From NCBI GenBank assembly GCA_013239625.1, contig MU054323.1, forward strand, positions 17,426,029-17,490,028: 64,000 nt of DNA. Direction: 5' to 3'. Below are positions 12,806-25,500 of this stretch, in pieces (the stretch's first letter is position 1; each line of letters begins with the position of its first letter). A model generated the notes under the pieces. The model was not told the origin of the DNA, did no database searches, and saw nothing but the letters and a program-made list of their open reading frames with translations. The position numbers and the translations under genes were made by a program. The DNA comes from Lama guanicoe (taxonomy: Eukaryota).

Positions 12806-13184
12806 AAAACAAAAATGTAACAAGAAACCAAATAAAACTTTTTTCCCTCACAGATATCCCATATCATTCAGCAGAAATTAAAGGCATTTTAAGGCTATGA
12901 AAACTATAGTCCAGTAAAATGTGCCTTTACCCCACCAATTCCACGATGGTAGACAGTAAGGCTACAGTGGGTATCAGTGTAAAACAAGAATGTCAGAAGT
13001 GGCTCTTACCTACATCTTTCTACTATTCTATAACATGGCTGGGTGTCCCTGGCAAAGAAGGGAATCTACTGACTACTGGATTCAAATGTGACAAATATAT
13101 TCTTCACAGGGAAGATCTAAAAGAATAATGAAAAGTATACTACGCAAAATGGTTTGGAATAGAGATCATTTCAATTCAAGAGAA

Positions 13185-14828
13185 GAAAACAGCCTCGGCA
13201 AATTTAAGAGGACTGAAATTATTTCAAGCAACTTTTCTTACCACCATGGTGTGAAACTAGAAATCAACCACAGCGGGAAAAAAGAGAAAAACACAACTGC
13301 ATGGAGACCAAACATGCTACTGAAAAACCAGTGAGTCAATGATGAAATCAAAGAAGAAATTTAAAAAAGCCTTGAGACAAATGACAATGAAAACACAACC
13401 ACACAAAATCTATGGGATACAGCAAAAGCAGTCCTAGGAGGGAAGTTCACAGCAATATAGTCCTTCCTCAAAGAACAAGAACAATCTCAAATAAACAACC
13501 TAATCTATCACCTAAAAGAATTAGAAAAAGAACAAATTTTGCTAAAGTTAGCAAAAGGAAAGAAATAATAAAAGATCAGGGAGGAAATAAATAAAATAGA
13601 GATTTAAAAAATCAATCAAACCAAGAGCTGAATTTTTGAAAGAGTGAACAAAATCATGAAAACTCTGGCCAGCTTCACCAAGAAGAAAAGAGAGAGGACA
13701 CAAAGAAAGAAAGAAAGGATAACGGAGAAATTACAACCAATACCACAGAAATACAAAAAACTGTAAGAGAATACTATGAACAACTATATGGCAACAAATT
13801 GGACAACCTAGAAAAAATGAACAAGTTTCTAGAAACATACAGTCCATTAAAACTGACTTAAAAAGAAATAGATATATTGAGCAGACTGATCACTGTAAGT
13901 GAAATAGAATCAGCAATAAAAAATGTCCCTGCAAAGAAAAGTCCAGGACCAGATAGCTTCACTGGGGAATTCTACCAAACATACAAAGAATTCACACTGA
14001 TCCTTCTCAAAATCTTCCGAAAGACTGAAGAGGAGGAAATATTCCCAAACTTATTTGATGAAGCAACCCATCACCCTGATACTCAAACCAGACAAAGACA
14101 CTAACAAAAAAGAAAATTACAGGCCAATATCATTGATGAACATAGATGCAAAACTCAACAAAATAATAGCAAATAAAATCCAATAAAAAAGATCACATAC
14201 TATGATCAAGTTGGATTCATCCCAGAACACAAGGATAGTTCAACATACACAAATCAATCAACGTTGATACACCACATCAACAAAAGAAAGGACAAAAATC
14301 ACATCATCATCTCAACAGATGCAGAAAAGGCATCTGATAAAATTTAACACCCATTTATGATCAAAACTCTTACCAAAGTGGGTACAGAGGGAACATATCT
14401 CAATATAATAAAAGCTATTTATGACAAACCCACAGCCAGCAAAATACTCAATGATGAAAAGTTGAAAGCCTTCCCACTAAAATCTGGAACAAGACAAGGA
14501 TGCCCACTCTCACCACTTCTATTCAACACAGTACTGGAAGTCTTAGCCATAGTAATCAGACAAAAAAGAAAAGAAAAAAGAAAGAAAGAAAAGGAATCCA
14601 AATTAGAAGAGAAGAGGTAAAACTGTCACTGAAAGTGGATGACATGATACTATATATAGAAAACCCTAAAGGCTCCACAAAAAAACTGCTAGAGTTGATA
14701 GAAGAATTTGGAAAGGTAGCAGGATACAAGATAATCAGTTGTATTTCTTTACACTAACAATGAAATATCACAAAAGGAAAGTAAAGAAACAATCCCTTTT
14801 AAAATCACATCCAAAAAAATCCTTGGAA
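13185..14828 (+). mobile_element. L1 ORF2 internal fragment (end of endonuclease to RT)
   Basis: Peptides [27 protein letters not shown] and [10 protein letters not shown]; frameshifted; no 3' end. Confidence 0.92.
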
Positions 14829-14829
14829 C

Positions 14830-15875
14830 TCTTCCTTATACACTGTACTCTCTCTAAATGATCCAGTCCATTATTTTACCAACTATTCACTGACAATTCC
14901 CTAACTTTTATCCCAAATCTTAACCTTTCCCCTGAACTCGGATATACAGTCTCCTATACATCTCAATTGAATGTCTAATAATAGTCTCAAACTTAACACA
15001 ACCAAAACAGAATTCTTGGGTCTCACTCCACCCTCAGACTATTCCTCTTCAAAATTTTCTCATCTCAGTAAATGGTACTACCTTCATTCAGTCAGCACAG
15101 GCCAAAAATACAGCAGTCAACCTTGTTTCCTCTTTTCATTTACCCCGATACATTCTATTTGTTTTATCCAAAATATATCACAGTTCTGACAACTTCTTAC
15201 CAACTATACTGCTAGTCCACACAACCATCACCTCTTGCCTTCAAGCTGGTCATTTTGTTTCATTCTTGCTCATTAACAGTCTTCTTTCTTTCACAAAGTG
15301 ACCAGAATTATCTTTTTTAAATTTAAATTTGATTTCGTCCTTTGCTTAAAACCTTCTAATGGTTTACCATCACTAAGTATATAAGCCCCAACATGAAGTG
15401 GTCCCTTTCTACTTCTCCTGGCTTATCTCTTATCATTCTTCCTCATAAATGTAACACTCTAGTCATACTAGTTGTCTTGATCTTTCTTGCACACACCAAG
15501 CTTGTCCTGATTCAAGGTGTTTAGCTAATCCCTCTTTCAGAATGTTTCTTAACCAGATTTTTGCATGGTTGGCTCCTTCTGAACATTCTGGTCTCTTCTC
15601 AAATGTCACCTCCTCAGAATGCATTCCCTGACCACTATTTTTAAAAGAACATCTCCTTTCTTGTCTCTCAGATCCTTTTAAATCACAACCTGCTTCATTT
15701 TAATATACTTACTCTTTTGAAATGATAGTTCTGTATTTGTCTATTTATTTGTTTGCTTTCTCTTACTAGAATTTAAGATTCATGAAAATAGACTTCATCT
15801 TGTCACCTGCTGTCTCCGTGGTATCTAGAATACTCTGTCATTTTGTTAGTTGGTTGAATGAATAAATGAATGATT
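14830..15875 (+). mobile_element. L2 3' portion
   Basis: ctcaaacttaacaca, aaatgtcacctcctcaga, and terminal gttgaatgaataaatgaatga. Confidence 0.8.
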
Positions 15876-17039
15876 AAGAAACAAAAAAACACTAAATGGA
15901 TTTGTAGTTAAAGAAAAGACAACTCAAAATTTTAAGAAATTAACAGAAACCCCCAAATTTGACATGAATTAGACTTACCACAATATCATGGCCATTAATC
16001 TCTAAAAACTCCTTGTAAGCATAAAAAAGTTCCCTCCAGACTCAAAATACAAAGGATTTACCTCTATATTCTTCTACTGTTAAATCAATTTTTCTGAAGT
16101 ATTGCCTATGTTAAGTTGAAAAAAGAACTATCCTCACTTAAATTTCTATAATTACTAGTATTATTTTCTACCATTTTTTATTCTGTAAATATTCAGATTT
16201 TTTTCTCTATGAAAGCTAAATGTGCTTTTGTAGCACTAGCCTGAGAATTAACCACCAGGTCTAATGCTGAGCTGTTGCCCAAAGACTGCAAACACCCCTT
16301 CTCTCCAACAGACAATCCCTGTCGTCCAGGCCCTTAACCTGAAACTCTAGAATTTCCCTACTCCTTGCTAATTAAAAGGTTAACACAAGCAGACTTCCAC
16401 CCCTCTACTGCTTATACATTCTCTTACAAGATTCCCTGTGTTTTCACAACATGCATTCACACTGTATTTCTATCTCAACTTTTAAAAAGAGCAAACTCCA
16501 TATATTTATACCTTACATTTATCTACTAACAAAGAAATCACAGGTTTTTAAGGCAAGAAAGGAAGATGATATAGAATCTCTTTAAAAGCAAGACGTTTAA
16601 ATCCACTTAGAAGCTCTTAATTAGCAGTAAAAAAAAAGTCTCTTCAAACTAGGCATTCAAGAAAAACTTCATACATAACCACTCAAATTCCCCAATTAAA
16701 GCTTAAAATGAAAATGACAATTTACTTCTAAATATCAAAGTGGTAGGTTATGTCAGAATTCTTACGAGGCAGTATTACTTCTTTTGTAAAATGTGACCGA
16801 AACAAGTGGCTCTATGCATTATCCAAAGATCCCAAAACATCAATTACTATAGAAATACTTTAATTTTTTAAATAAATACATTTTAAAAAACTAAATATTT
16901 GTTAACTCTAACAATAACAGGAAATTTCTTGTACTTTACCTCTAATCTTCAAATAATCTTGCAAGATAGACACGATTTTTCCCAGTGTGCAGATAATTAA
17001 GGGTTACCCAGGCCATTCTTAATATATTTGAGTAAGTAA

Positions 17040-17235
17040 GAGCTGGATTAAAACCTTGACTATTTAATTTAGCAGCTGTATGACTCTGGACAAAAGATTA
17101 AACTTCTCAGTTTTCCTACTTCATAAATAGGGGATAATACCTACAATATAATGTTACAACAAAGATTTAAAAATGAACGTAAACATGCTACATAACTTTA
17201 AGGGACTATTATTACATGTGAAGTGCTAATTGAAG
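17040..17235 (+). mobile_element. MIR
   Basis: agctgtatgactctggaca ... ctcagttttcct ... aaataggggataatacctac core. Confidence 0.6.
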
Positions 17236-17257
17236 TCCTTTCACCATAAATTGTATC

Positions 17258-17268
17258 CCTCTCTCTCA

Positions 17269-17331
<63 letters not shown>
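17258..17331. repeat. Compound (CT)n(CA)n microsatellite
   Basis: Seen directly. Confidence 0.95.
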
Positions 17332-17335
<4 letters not shown>

Positions 17336-17547
17336 TCAAGAACATCGCATCAGTTAAGTGGGTGACCTAAGTATATTTATTTCAAAAATTACTAATGCAA
17401 CAATCCAGGTGTTTTTGTACTACTGTACAAAAAGTGGTAATTTTTTTTTAACTGCAGTCTTTTTTCTTTCAATTGAGGTAACAATACAGTTTTAACTAAC
17501 TCTTGCTCCTTCTGTGGGTTTACAAAGATAGTTCTCCCTTTAACTAA

Positions 17548-17997
17548 TTGTGGTGAGTATCTGTCATTCCTGGGCACCTTCCAAATAGGACTCTGACTTT
17601 CTTTTGAGAAATTACCTCTCCCCTCTATGCAATCTTGGTAAAAGAGGAACTTCTGGTGACCACTTCCCAATCTAGAAGGGCTAAACCCTGCCTCTTCAAG
17701 TTCTAGCATAGCCAGGGGGTAGGCATAGACACTCTCCCCTAAACATAAGCAGGTAATCCCAGGAAGGAAAGACTAATCGGGCATCAGTCACAACAGAAGC
17801 AGAGATCCAGCACATCTTTCCATTCAGAAGCTTGCTGCCATGAACCCTGAGGACCTGAACAGAGCTCCCTTGGCTCCCACTAGTTTCTCTGTCAGGGCTG
17901 CTTTTCCTCTCTGTGACCCTCTGAGCAGCACCTTCCAACAAATCTCTTTCTATGACCAAGTTCTTTTATTTGCAGCTAAGTACCCCAACTGTTATAC
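17548..17997. mobile_element. Old ERVL/MaLR-type LTR (LTR33-like)
   Basis: TGTGG start and ...ttgcagctaagtaccccaactgttata end; decayed. Confidence 0.4.
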
Positions 17998-19289
17998 TAA
18001 TGGGAAACAAAAGGGAAAGACCTGGAAATAAACTAGACAAGGAAGGTGAATGAGTTTCCTTCTCATTCTGACATCTAACTTCTGTAAGGTTTTAAGTAAA
18101 TGTCTAACCATTAAGGTAAAGCAATAATTATTTCCTTAAAATTGAATTTTTAAAGTATTAAGTCATTACAGATATCCAGGATACAAAGTTACATAATTAA
18201 ATATTTCAGTATCCACTGAACTCTTAACACATAACAGGAAAAAACAGATATTCCCAAATATATATTTTTAACCTGTTAAATAGGAGATAGGCCTTTTCCT
18301 AAAAACTTAGTGAGAATTTATCTTTGTTTACTTGGGACTCCTCTATAGCTCATACTATATAATATCACAGCAATTCTGTAAGAGGTATCTTTTTAACTCC
18401 TTTATCCTTGGCCTACCACTCAATAAATTGGTGAATTCAGTGAAATATGAAATATCATCTGGAAATCCAACTTCCTGAAAACGTGTAGTTAATTCCTTTT
18501 AAGTGAAGAATATTAAGTACATCAAGCAATAAAAATGTACTTTTGGGGAAAAAATGGTGAATATTCCTGACTAGTAGTTTAATTGTTTCAATCATCTAGA
18601 TTTAAATCAAATCTGCCCTAAACATGTAAAACAATGATTTTCTATTTCTGTTATATTTTCCTAAAGTAACCTACGTGGTTAGGTTCTAGTAACTATAGCA
18701 GTAAAGACAATTTTCAGTGTTTTGCAAAGGGGAGGCAGCTTTCTGTATTCTATTAGCAATCCAAACGACTTGGTGCCACTTTCATTTCTACCAACACAGG
18801 GCTGGGTCAGAGCCTGACATTAGGGTACTAAGTAAACGTTTCTGACTGCAATGCCAATGCCAAGACAAGTATTAGCAATTCTGCTAAGGGATTCCTATTT
18901 TTACATTCAAAACCAGAGGTATGTTTTGCTGGTAGGTTTTTAGAAAATTAAAATGATTTAACACAGTATTTAATGTATTTTCCAAGAAGTCAGAGGGAAC
19001 AGCAAACACAAAAGCCCAGCACAGGAGACTGTTTAGAGAAACAAACAGCAAGGAGTTCAGTGAGACTAAAGCAGAGGCAGCAGAGGGTTTGGAGATGAGA
19101 TAAAGAGAGATAGTAGAGGCCGGATCACTTAAGGACTTTGGGATGGAGCAGCAATGATCGAAAGCCAATGAGAAGGTTCTCAGAGCATTTCTACAAGAGT
19201 ACACTGCTATTTTAAATTCAGGGAACAAAAAATTCATTGCTATGGTTTCAGAGTCCACATTACAAATAAGAAACTACAACTTATAGAGT

Positions 19290-19681
19290 CTGATGTCAAA
19301 GAAAAATATTCATAAATCTGAAAAACCTTTTCCATTTCCAACTATTTATATTCATGAGACTGTATTTGCTACTAAAACAGCAAATCACAACTGACTGAAT
19401 GCAGAAGCAGATATGAAAATTCATGTTTTGTCTATTAAGCCAGATATTAAAGATTTACAAAACATAAAACAATGATGATAAATTGTTTTGGAAAATATAG
19501 TTATTTTAATAAAAATTTTATTGTTAACATGTAACAAGTTTACTTTTCTAAATAAATTTAAAATTTTATTTTCAAAAATATAAATTCATGGGTATAACCC
19601 ATATACAAGGTGCTCTTTGAGAATCTTAATAATATTTAAGAGTATAAAGGCATCATGAGATCAAAAACTTAAGAACTACTG
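19290..19681 (+). mobile_element. hAT-Charlie DNA transposon remnant (Charlie1a-like 3' end)
   Basis: gaatgcagaagcagatatga, tattaagccagatattaaaga, terminal aaaaacttaagaactactg. Confidence 0.7.
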
Positions 19682-21397
19682 ATCTATTAACTGAAGATGT
19701 CTTGGAGTAGCATTCTCCAATCATCATTAATAATTTTGGAGGACTTCTTGTCAAGTTAACTACAGAAAGTCTATTTACAAATAATTCAGTCACACACATC
19801 ATCCCTGTTCTCTCACCAAAACTCCAAACCATAAACTTATTAGTCCAGTGATTTTCAAAACTTTTACTGGGGAGAGGAGAGCTCCCAAGAGAAATCTCCA
19901 CTGAACCACAATCTATAATACAAATAAAAGTAAAGGGGGCCTGGTTAAAGTGAAAGTGTTATCTCTCCTGCCTCTAGTTCATTCATCCCCTGGGTACCAT
20001 GAAGACTCCTTAAGGTACTTCCTAGAATCACACAAAACACAGTTTTAAAAATCTTTATTTTAAAATCACTGCTCAATTTGCTACTTATAAAAGTTTCAGA
20101 AAGGTTCTGCCATTGTTTCAAAATGATCATTTTCAACTTTACCCTCCAACAGACACTAGATATATAGTATTTGTATCTATATGTATAGAGAACCACAAAA
20201 TTGTTTAAATCTCACAGACAACTCTCAGACCCATGAGAATGTTTAAAGATTCTTGAGAAACTACTTGAGGACCAGTGGACAGGTGGAGTTAATCTGAAAA
20301 GGCTTCCTGGAGAAAGATACTATGATTAGGCAAGCAGAAAAGTCTTAGCTCAGAGATGAGAAGTTTAGCAAAGAAGGGATAGGATGAGGCATGTTTCCTA
20401 CGTTATAAGGAGAACTTCAGTGCCAGGCAGTATGGCTCTCAAGTCCTAGAGTTCTACAAGCTACATTCAAAAATCTGTATCTGAAACAGTGAAATAACTA
20501 TTCCTGAATCTGAGGAAGAAGTAAATTTCTTACTTTAGTAAGTTCCCTACTCCAGGCAAAACTTACAAGGTGAAAACACATCAAGCCTGAAGACTTAATA
20601 GGAATACTTGATTCCAAGACAACAATTATGCCAGCTCCACATAATATAAGAATGACACAGGTTAGAGCTGTGTCACTGTTCAAAGAAAACAGAAGTCATT
20701 AAGACTTTTAACAGTGAAACAGAAAAATTATTTTAGCAACATTACCGAATGGTTGGAATAGGCTACTGGCTGTATAGAAGTCTAGGCAGGAGCTGACCAA
20801 GGACAGCAAGTCAGGCGGTAGTGCTTTCACCATCTATTTTTAGCATTTAATAATGTTTTCCATGCATTTTACAGTGGTGTCTGAGAAGCGATGTTTATAT
20901 GGAGCAACCTATTTGGCTACTCAAACTCCTATCAAAGAAACAAAGCAGATCAACTAATGTCAGCCAAAAAACCAAAAATCAAACAAACAAAAAAAACAAC
21001 AAAACTTGCTTAACTATTACCGTGAAGGGCTAAATAAAAAAAGAGATTTTAGAACTTCTGTAATTATTAAAAATGAACATATACTAGCCTATAACCTAGA
21101 CTGATGAAAGCAAGACGTCTTTTCCCTTAATCAGACGTGGCCAGGAAGATTTTTAAAAGAGAGGGAGGAGGGTGAGCAGGGGTAGGGCGGGCAGCTTTAT
21201 ACTTTTGCTATTACATGTCCTTTACTCATGACTTCCTTTGAATTTTCTATTGGGTATAACATTAACCTGTTCACTGTACTCCATTTTACATGAGTTTATT
21301 CATGGAAATCTGTCCCACATCTCACTTGCACACATTTTTAAACATCTATCTTCTTCCTCATGCTTCCTCCACTTAAGAACAGAAAAGATACCTATAA

Positions 21398-21730
21398 GGG
21401 GAGATGCTGATCCCTTATCAGGTACCCCTCATACAAAGGGTACAAAGTTTCAGTGATGTAGGATGAATAAGTTCTGCAGATCTAGCATACAGCATGGTGA
21501 CTACAGTCAATAATATTGTATTGTATATTTGAAATTTTCTAAAAGAATAGATCTTAAGTGGTCTCACACACAGAAAATGGTAACTGTGAGGTGGTTGAGA
21601 TTAGCTTGACTGTGGTAATCATTTACAATGTAAATGTATACCAAAACATCACACTGCACACCTTAAATATATACCATCTGTTTGTCATTTATACCTCAAT
21701 AAAGTTGGGAGAAAAAGAGGAAAAAAACAA
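21398..21730 (+). mobile_element. L1MA9/10-like 3' end
   Basis: gggtacaaagtttcag ... atacctcaataaag + A-rich tail; degenerate TSD. Confidence 0.8.
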
Positions 21731-21869
21731 AGACATCTATAAAATTACCTTTTAAAGTCTAATTATCTGTCAGACTAAATTCATGTTTTTTCTGGTATAT
21801 AGTAAAGTAATAAAATACTATCTAGCACAGAATCAACTTTTTAAAAGTCATTTTAAAAATATTAAGCTT

Positions 21870-22381
21870 GTCCATCAATAGATGACTGGATAAAGCAGCT
21901 GTGGTATATTTATACAATGGAATATTACTCAGCCATAAAAAATAATGCCATTTGCAGCAACATGGATGGACCTGGAGAATGTCATTCTAAGTGAAGTAAG
22001 CCAGAAAGAGAAAGAAAAATGCCATATGATAGCACTTATATGTGAAATCTTGAAAGAAAAAAAAAGACACAAACTTATTCACAAAACAGAAATAGACTCA
22101 CAGACATAGAAAACAAACAGTTACCAGGGGGTGAAGAGGGTGGAAAGGGATAAACTGGGAGTTTGAGATTTGCAGATATTAACTAATATATATAAAACAG
22201 ATAAACAGCAAATTTATACTGTATAGCACAGGGAACTATATTCAATCTTACAGTAACTTATGGTGAAAAAGAATATGAAAATGAATATATGTATGTTTAT
22301 GTATGGCTGAAGCATTATGGTGTACACCAGAAATTAACACAACATTGTAAACTGACTATATATCAATAAAAATATATATAC
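21870..22381 (+). mobile_element. Camelid-type L1 3' fragment
   Basis: TSD AAAAA(T/A)ATTAAGCTT (21855-21869 / 22382-22396) at TTTT/AAAA; similar to the 1401 element. Confidence 0.9.
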
Positions 22382-25024
22382 AAAAAAATTAAGCTTATTA
22401 TTATCTAAAAAAATGTTACCAAGGAGATCTGTATTTGAAAACCACAAAAAATATATTAAATGAAAAAAATTTTTATGTTTCTTCAAACAAAAAAGAATTA
22501 TCAGAAATAAATTCACTAAGAATTGCCTACATCTACCACTAATTAGCTACATAATCTTGGATTAAGTGATTTAATTACTTGGGGCAGGGAGAAAAGAGAT
22601 TAGCTGTATGATCTAAGTTCCATTAAGTTCTAATATTCTTTAATTATTAGATATTTTCTGAAGTTCAAGGAAATCTGTGAAAATCTGAAGGGAGACAACC
22701 CTAGTAAGAAAAATGTACTTTATACATACAGAAATTTTAAAAGAAACTAAAGAATTCAGCAACTAACCATGGCTAAAAAGCATTAAGAAATTCTTGAATT
22801 ATGTTTTACTTATTTAGAAATTAACTACCAAAATTTGTTCTAAATGTTAAAACTTCTGACAAAGCAACATTTATATTAGGAATATAAGGTTATTTTTTCA
22901 ATACAATTTTTTAAAAAATAGAAGTATGTCTCCTTCATAAAATGTTCAAATAATTTCTTGCTTTTAACTACCAGAAGCACACAGGGAGTAGGAGTTTTCA
23001 AATTATGAGCAAGGAATTGAGGATTTTCCAAAAGGTACTCCAAGTACCACCAGGTAAAGGTGGGACATAATTTTATTCACTACCTCTACAAAAATTTTTT
23101 TAAAAACTTTTCTTTATGATTTGTCAATATACTGTATTTTTGTTTAACTGCTTAATCTTTGTTTAAGTACTGCTTCTGTGTTTTAAAAGGGAGAGGAATT
23201 CATTATTGATAGGAAAGAACAGGATTTTAAAGTCCAAAAGATTAGGCCATGTAGATTCTGGGGAGTGAGACTGGTGGTATGGAAAAAGGGGAAGACAAGG
23301 AAGAGATTTTTTACTTTTATTTTATATGTATCTGTATTATTTTAATTATTTGAATGATGAATGCTTATTACTATTTAAAAAGAAACAAGATCCCCCAAAG
23401 ATCCCCCAAGGAAGATCTCAATCCTTTAAGTTCTTTTTTATTTTTTAAAGAAAGCTACAAAACCAATATGAAGATGCCCATAATTACCAACATACTGATT
23501 ATTAAATGTTAGTCATTTAAAATTTCTATTTTTTAAATATACTTGTATTTTGAAATACTTTTATTTTTAAACTTGTATTTTTGCTGTAACCAAAGTACCT
23601 AGACTAAAACAGCTTAGTATTATGGATTGTTAAAAAGCATTATATACTCATTCTAAAATAGAAACCACAGAAAAAAGTTTTGGCTTATGCATGATACTTT
23701 GTTCCACAGTGGTGACTACATGAAAAAATTAGGAGTTACTTAATGGTAGAATAATAAAATAAATTTTGCAAAAAATGGTACTTTAATACTTAAATCATTC
23801 TAAAAGGCAGAATTTATTACACATACTAAAATTGTTAATAAAATATCAATAAGCATATTAAGTTGTTTTGCCAACTCCATGGGAGACAAAAATTAAAAAA
23901 ACAAAAGCAAACTAGAACTGGCTTATTATACAGATCTGAAAATATTTCTAGCTACTTACACATTTCCCACCTTGAAAAGTTTTAAACTATCTCAGGTAAA
24001 ATGCTAATGTATCACAGATAACTTAAAATATAGTCATAAAGAGACTCCACTCATTTAAGTTTTGGTAGTTTTACAGCATATACATTACAGACCAAAATGT
24101 CTGATTCCAAATTCCAAACAGAGTCAATGGAATTAAAAATTACTTTTGCTAACAGAATCTGAAAATATAAAGTGCCCTGGCTTAGAATGGGAGAGAGGAG
24201 GATAGATAAATGTAATATTTTTACTTCCCTAGAGACTTTCTTTTTAAGCGTTAGTTGATATATCTATAGCTGCTATGAAGATTTTAAGTATAACTATCAT
24301 TACCATCTAAAAAGTAGTAGTTTCATTATGAATAATTTAACTAAAACTTTCTAAGTCATTTCTATTTAAGACCAGTACAATACAACTTCAGCTGGGAAAA
24401 AATTTTTTTTCACACACATAGAAAATCATATGCAAATACAAGAGTAGATTTTTCTAAACAGATTGGCTTGAATGCAACCAGAGAAAAACACCACCTTATC
24501 TATACTAGAAAATAAATTTAAATGACAGAAGATTTCTCATCAAAAACCATGGAGGTTAGAAGGAAGTTAAATAATATTTTTTAGGTACTAAATGAAAAAA
24601 GCTATGAACCCAGAATTCTATACCCAGTGAAATACTGTTCTAGAATGAAGAGGAAATCAAAACATTCTCAAGTGAACCAAAATTTTAAAAATGTGTTTCT
24701 AGCAGACCTACCCTAAAAGAATGTCTAAAGGAAGTTATCTTAACAGAAGGGAAACAATCAAAGGAAGGAACTTCAGAACATTAGAAAGGAAGGAAGAATG
24801 AGAAAATACATGGGTAAATACAATAAGCTTTCCTTCTCTTCTTGACCTTTCTAATTATGTCTGAAGCAAAACTGTAACACTGACTTGTGGTTCTAAATGC
24901 ATGTAGAGAAAATATTAAGGCAATCATCTTATAAACAGAATAGAATAAAAGGAGGGAGGTAAAATTCCTCTATACTTCACTCAAGCTGATAAAATGACAC
25001 CAATGAACTGTGATAAGTTATGTA

Positions 25025-25216
25025 CAGTTGACCCTTGAACAATGTGGGTCTGATCTGCATGGTTCAACTTATAGGGGGCTATCTTTCAACAGTAAATATT
25101 ACAGTACTACATGGTCCATGGTTGGTAGAATGCAGGGCTTCAGAGGAACCACAGATGCTGAGGGCCAATTATAAGTTATACGCAGATTAACCCCCACCTT
25201 GTTCAACGGTTGACTA
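25025..25216 (+). mobile_element. TcMar-Tigger MITE (MER8-like) inserted in L1
   Basis: TIRs CAGTTGACCCTTGAACAA ... TTGTTCAACGGTTGACTA; flanked by TA. Confidence 0.8.
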
Positions 25217-25400
25217 TATACGTCATGTAATCCCTAGAGCAACCACACAAAAAGCTATACAAAGAAATACTCAAAAAACATAATAAATAAATCAAAATGG
25301 AATTCTAACAAATGTTCAAGTGGCCCACAGGGAAGTAGGGAAGGAAAAAGAAAACAAATGAAAAGATGAACAAAAAACAGTATCTAAAATGGCAGGAGAA

Positions 25401-25500
25401 GGGGGTGGGTATAGCTCAGTAGTAGAACGCATGCTTACAATGCACAAGCTCCTGGGTTCAATCCCCACTACTTCCATTCAAAACATAAATAAATAAAATT
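25401..25500 (+). mobile_element. tRNA-Ala-derived SINE (Vic-1 type), short tail
   Basis: A box TAGCTCAGTAG, B box GGGTTCAATCC, A-rich tail; flanking TGGCAGG repeats. Confidence 0.85.

Noticed and set aside
18884..19258. 124-aa minus-strand ORF in SOS1 sense
   Set aside because: GTG start, low-complexity composition, overlaps L2-like sequence, no similarity to SOS1 exons.
23387..23408. AAGATCCCCCA x2 and other short direct repeats as a CRISPR-like array
   Set aside because: Only two adjacent copies, no spacers, eukaryotic context; ordinary slippage.
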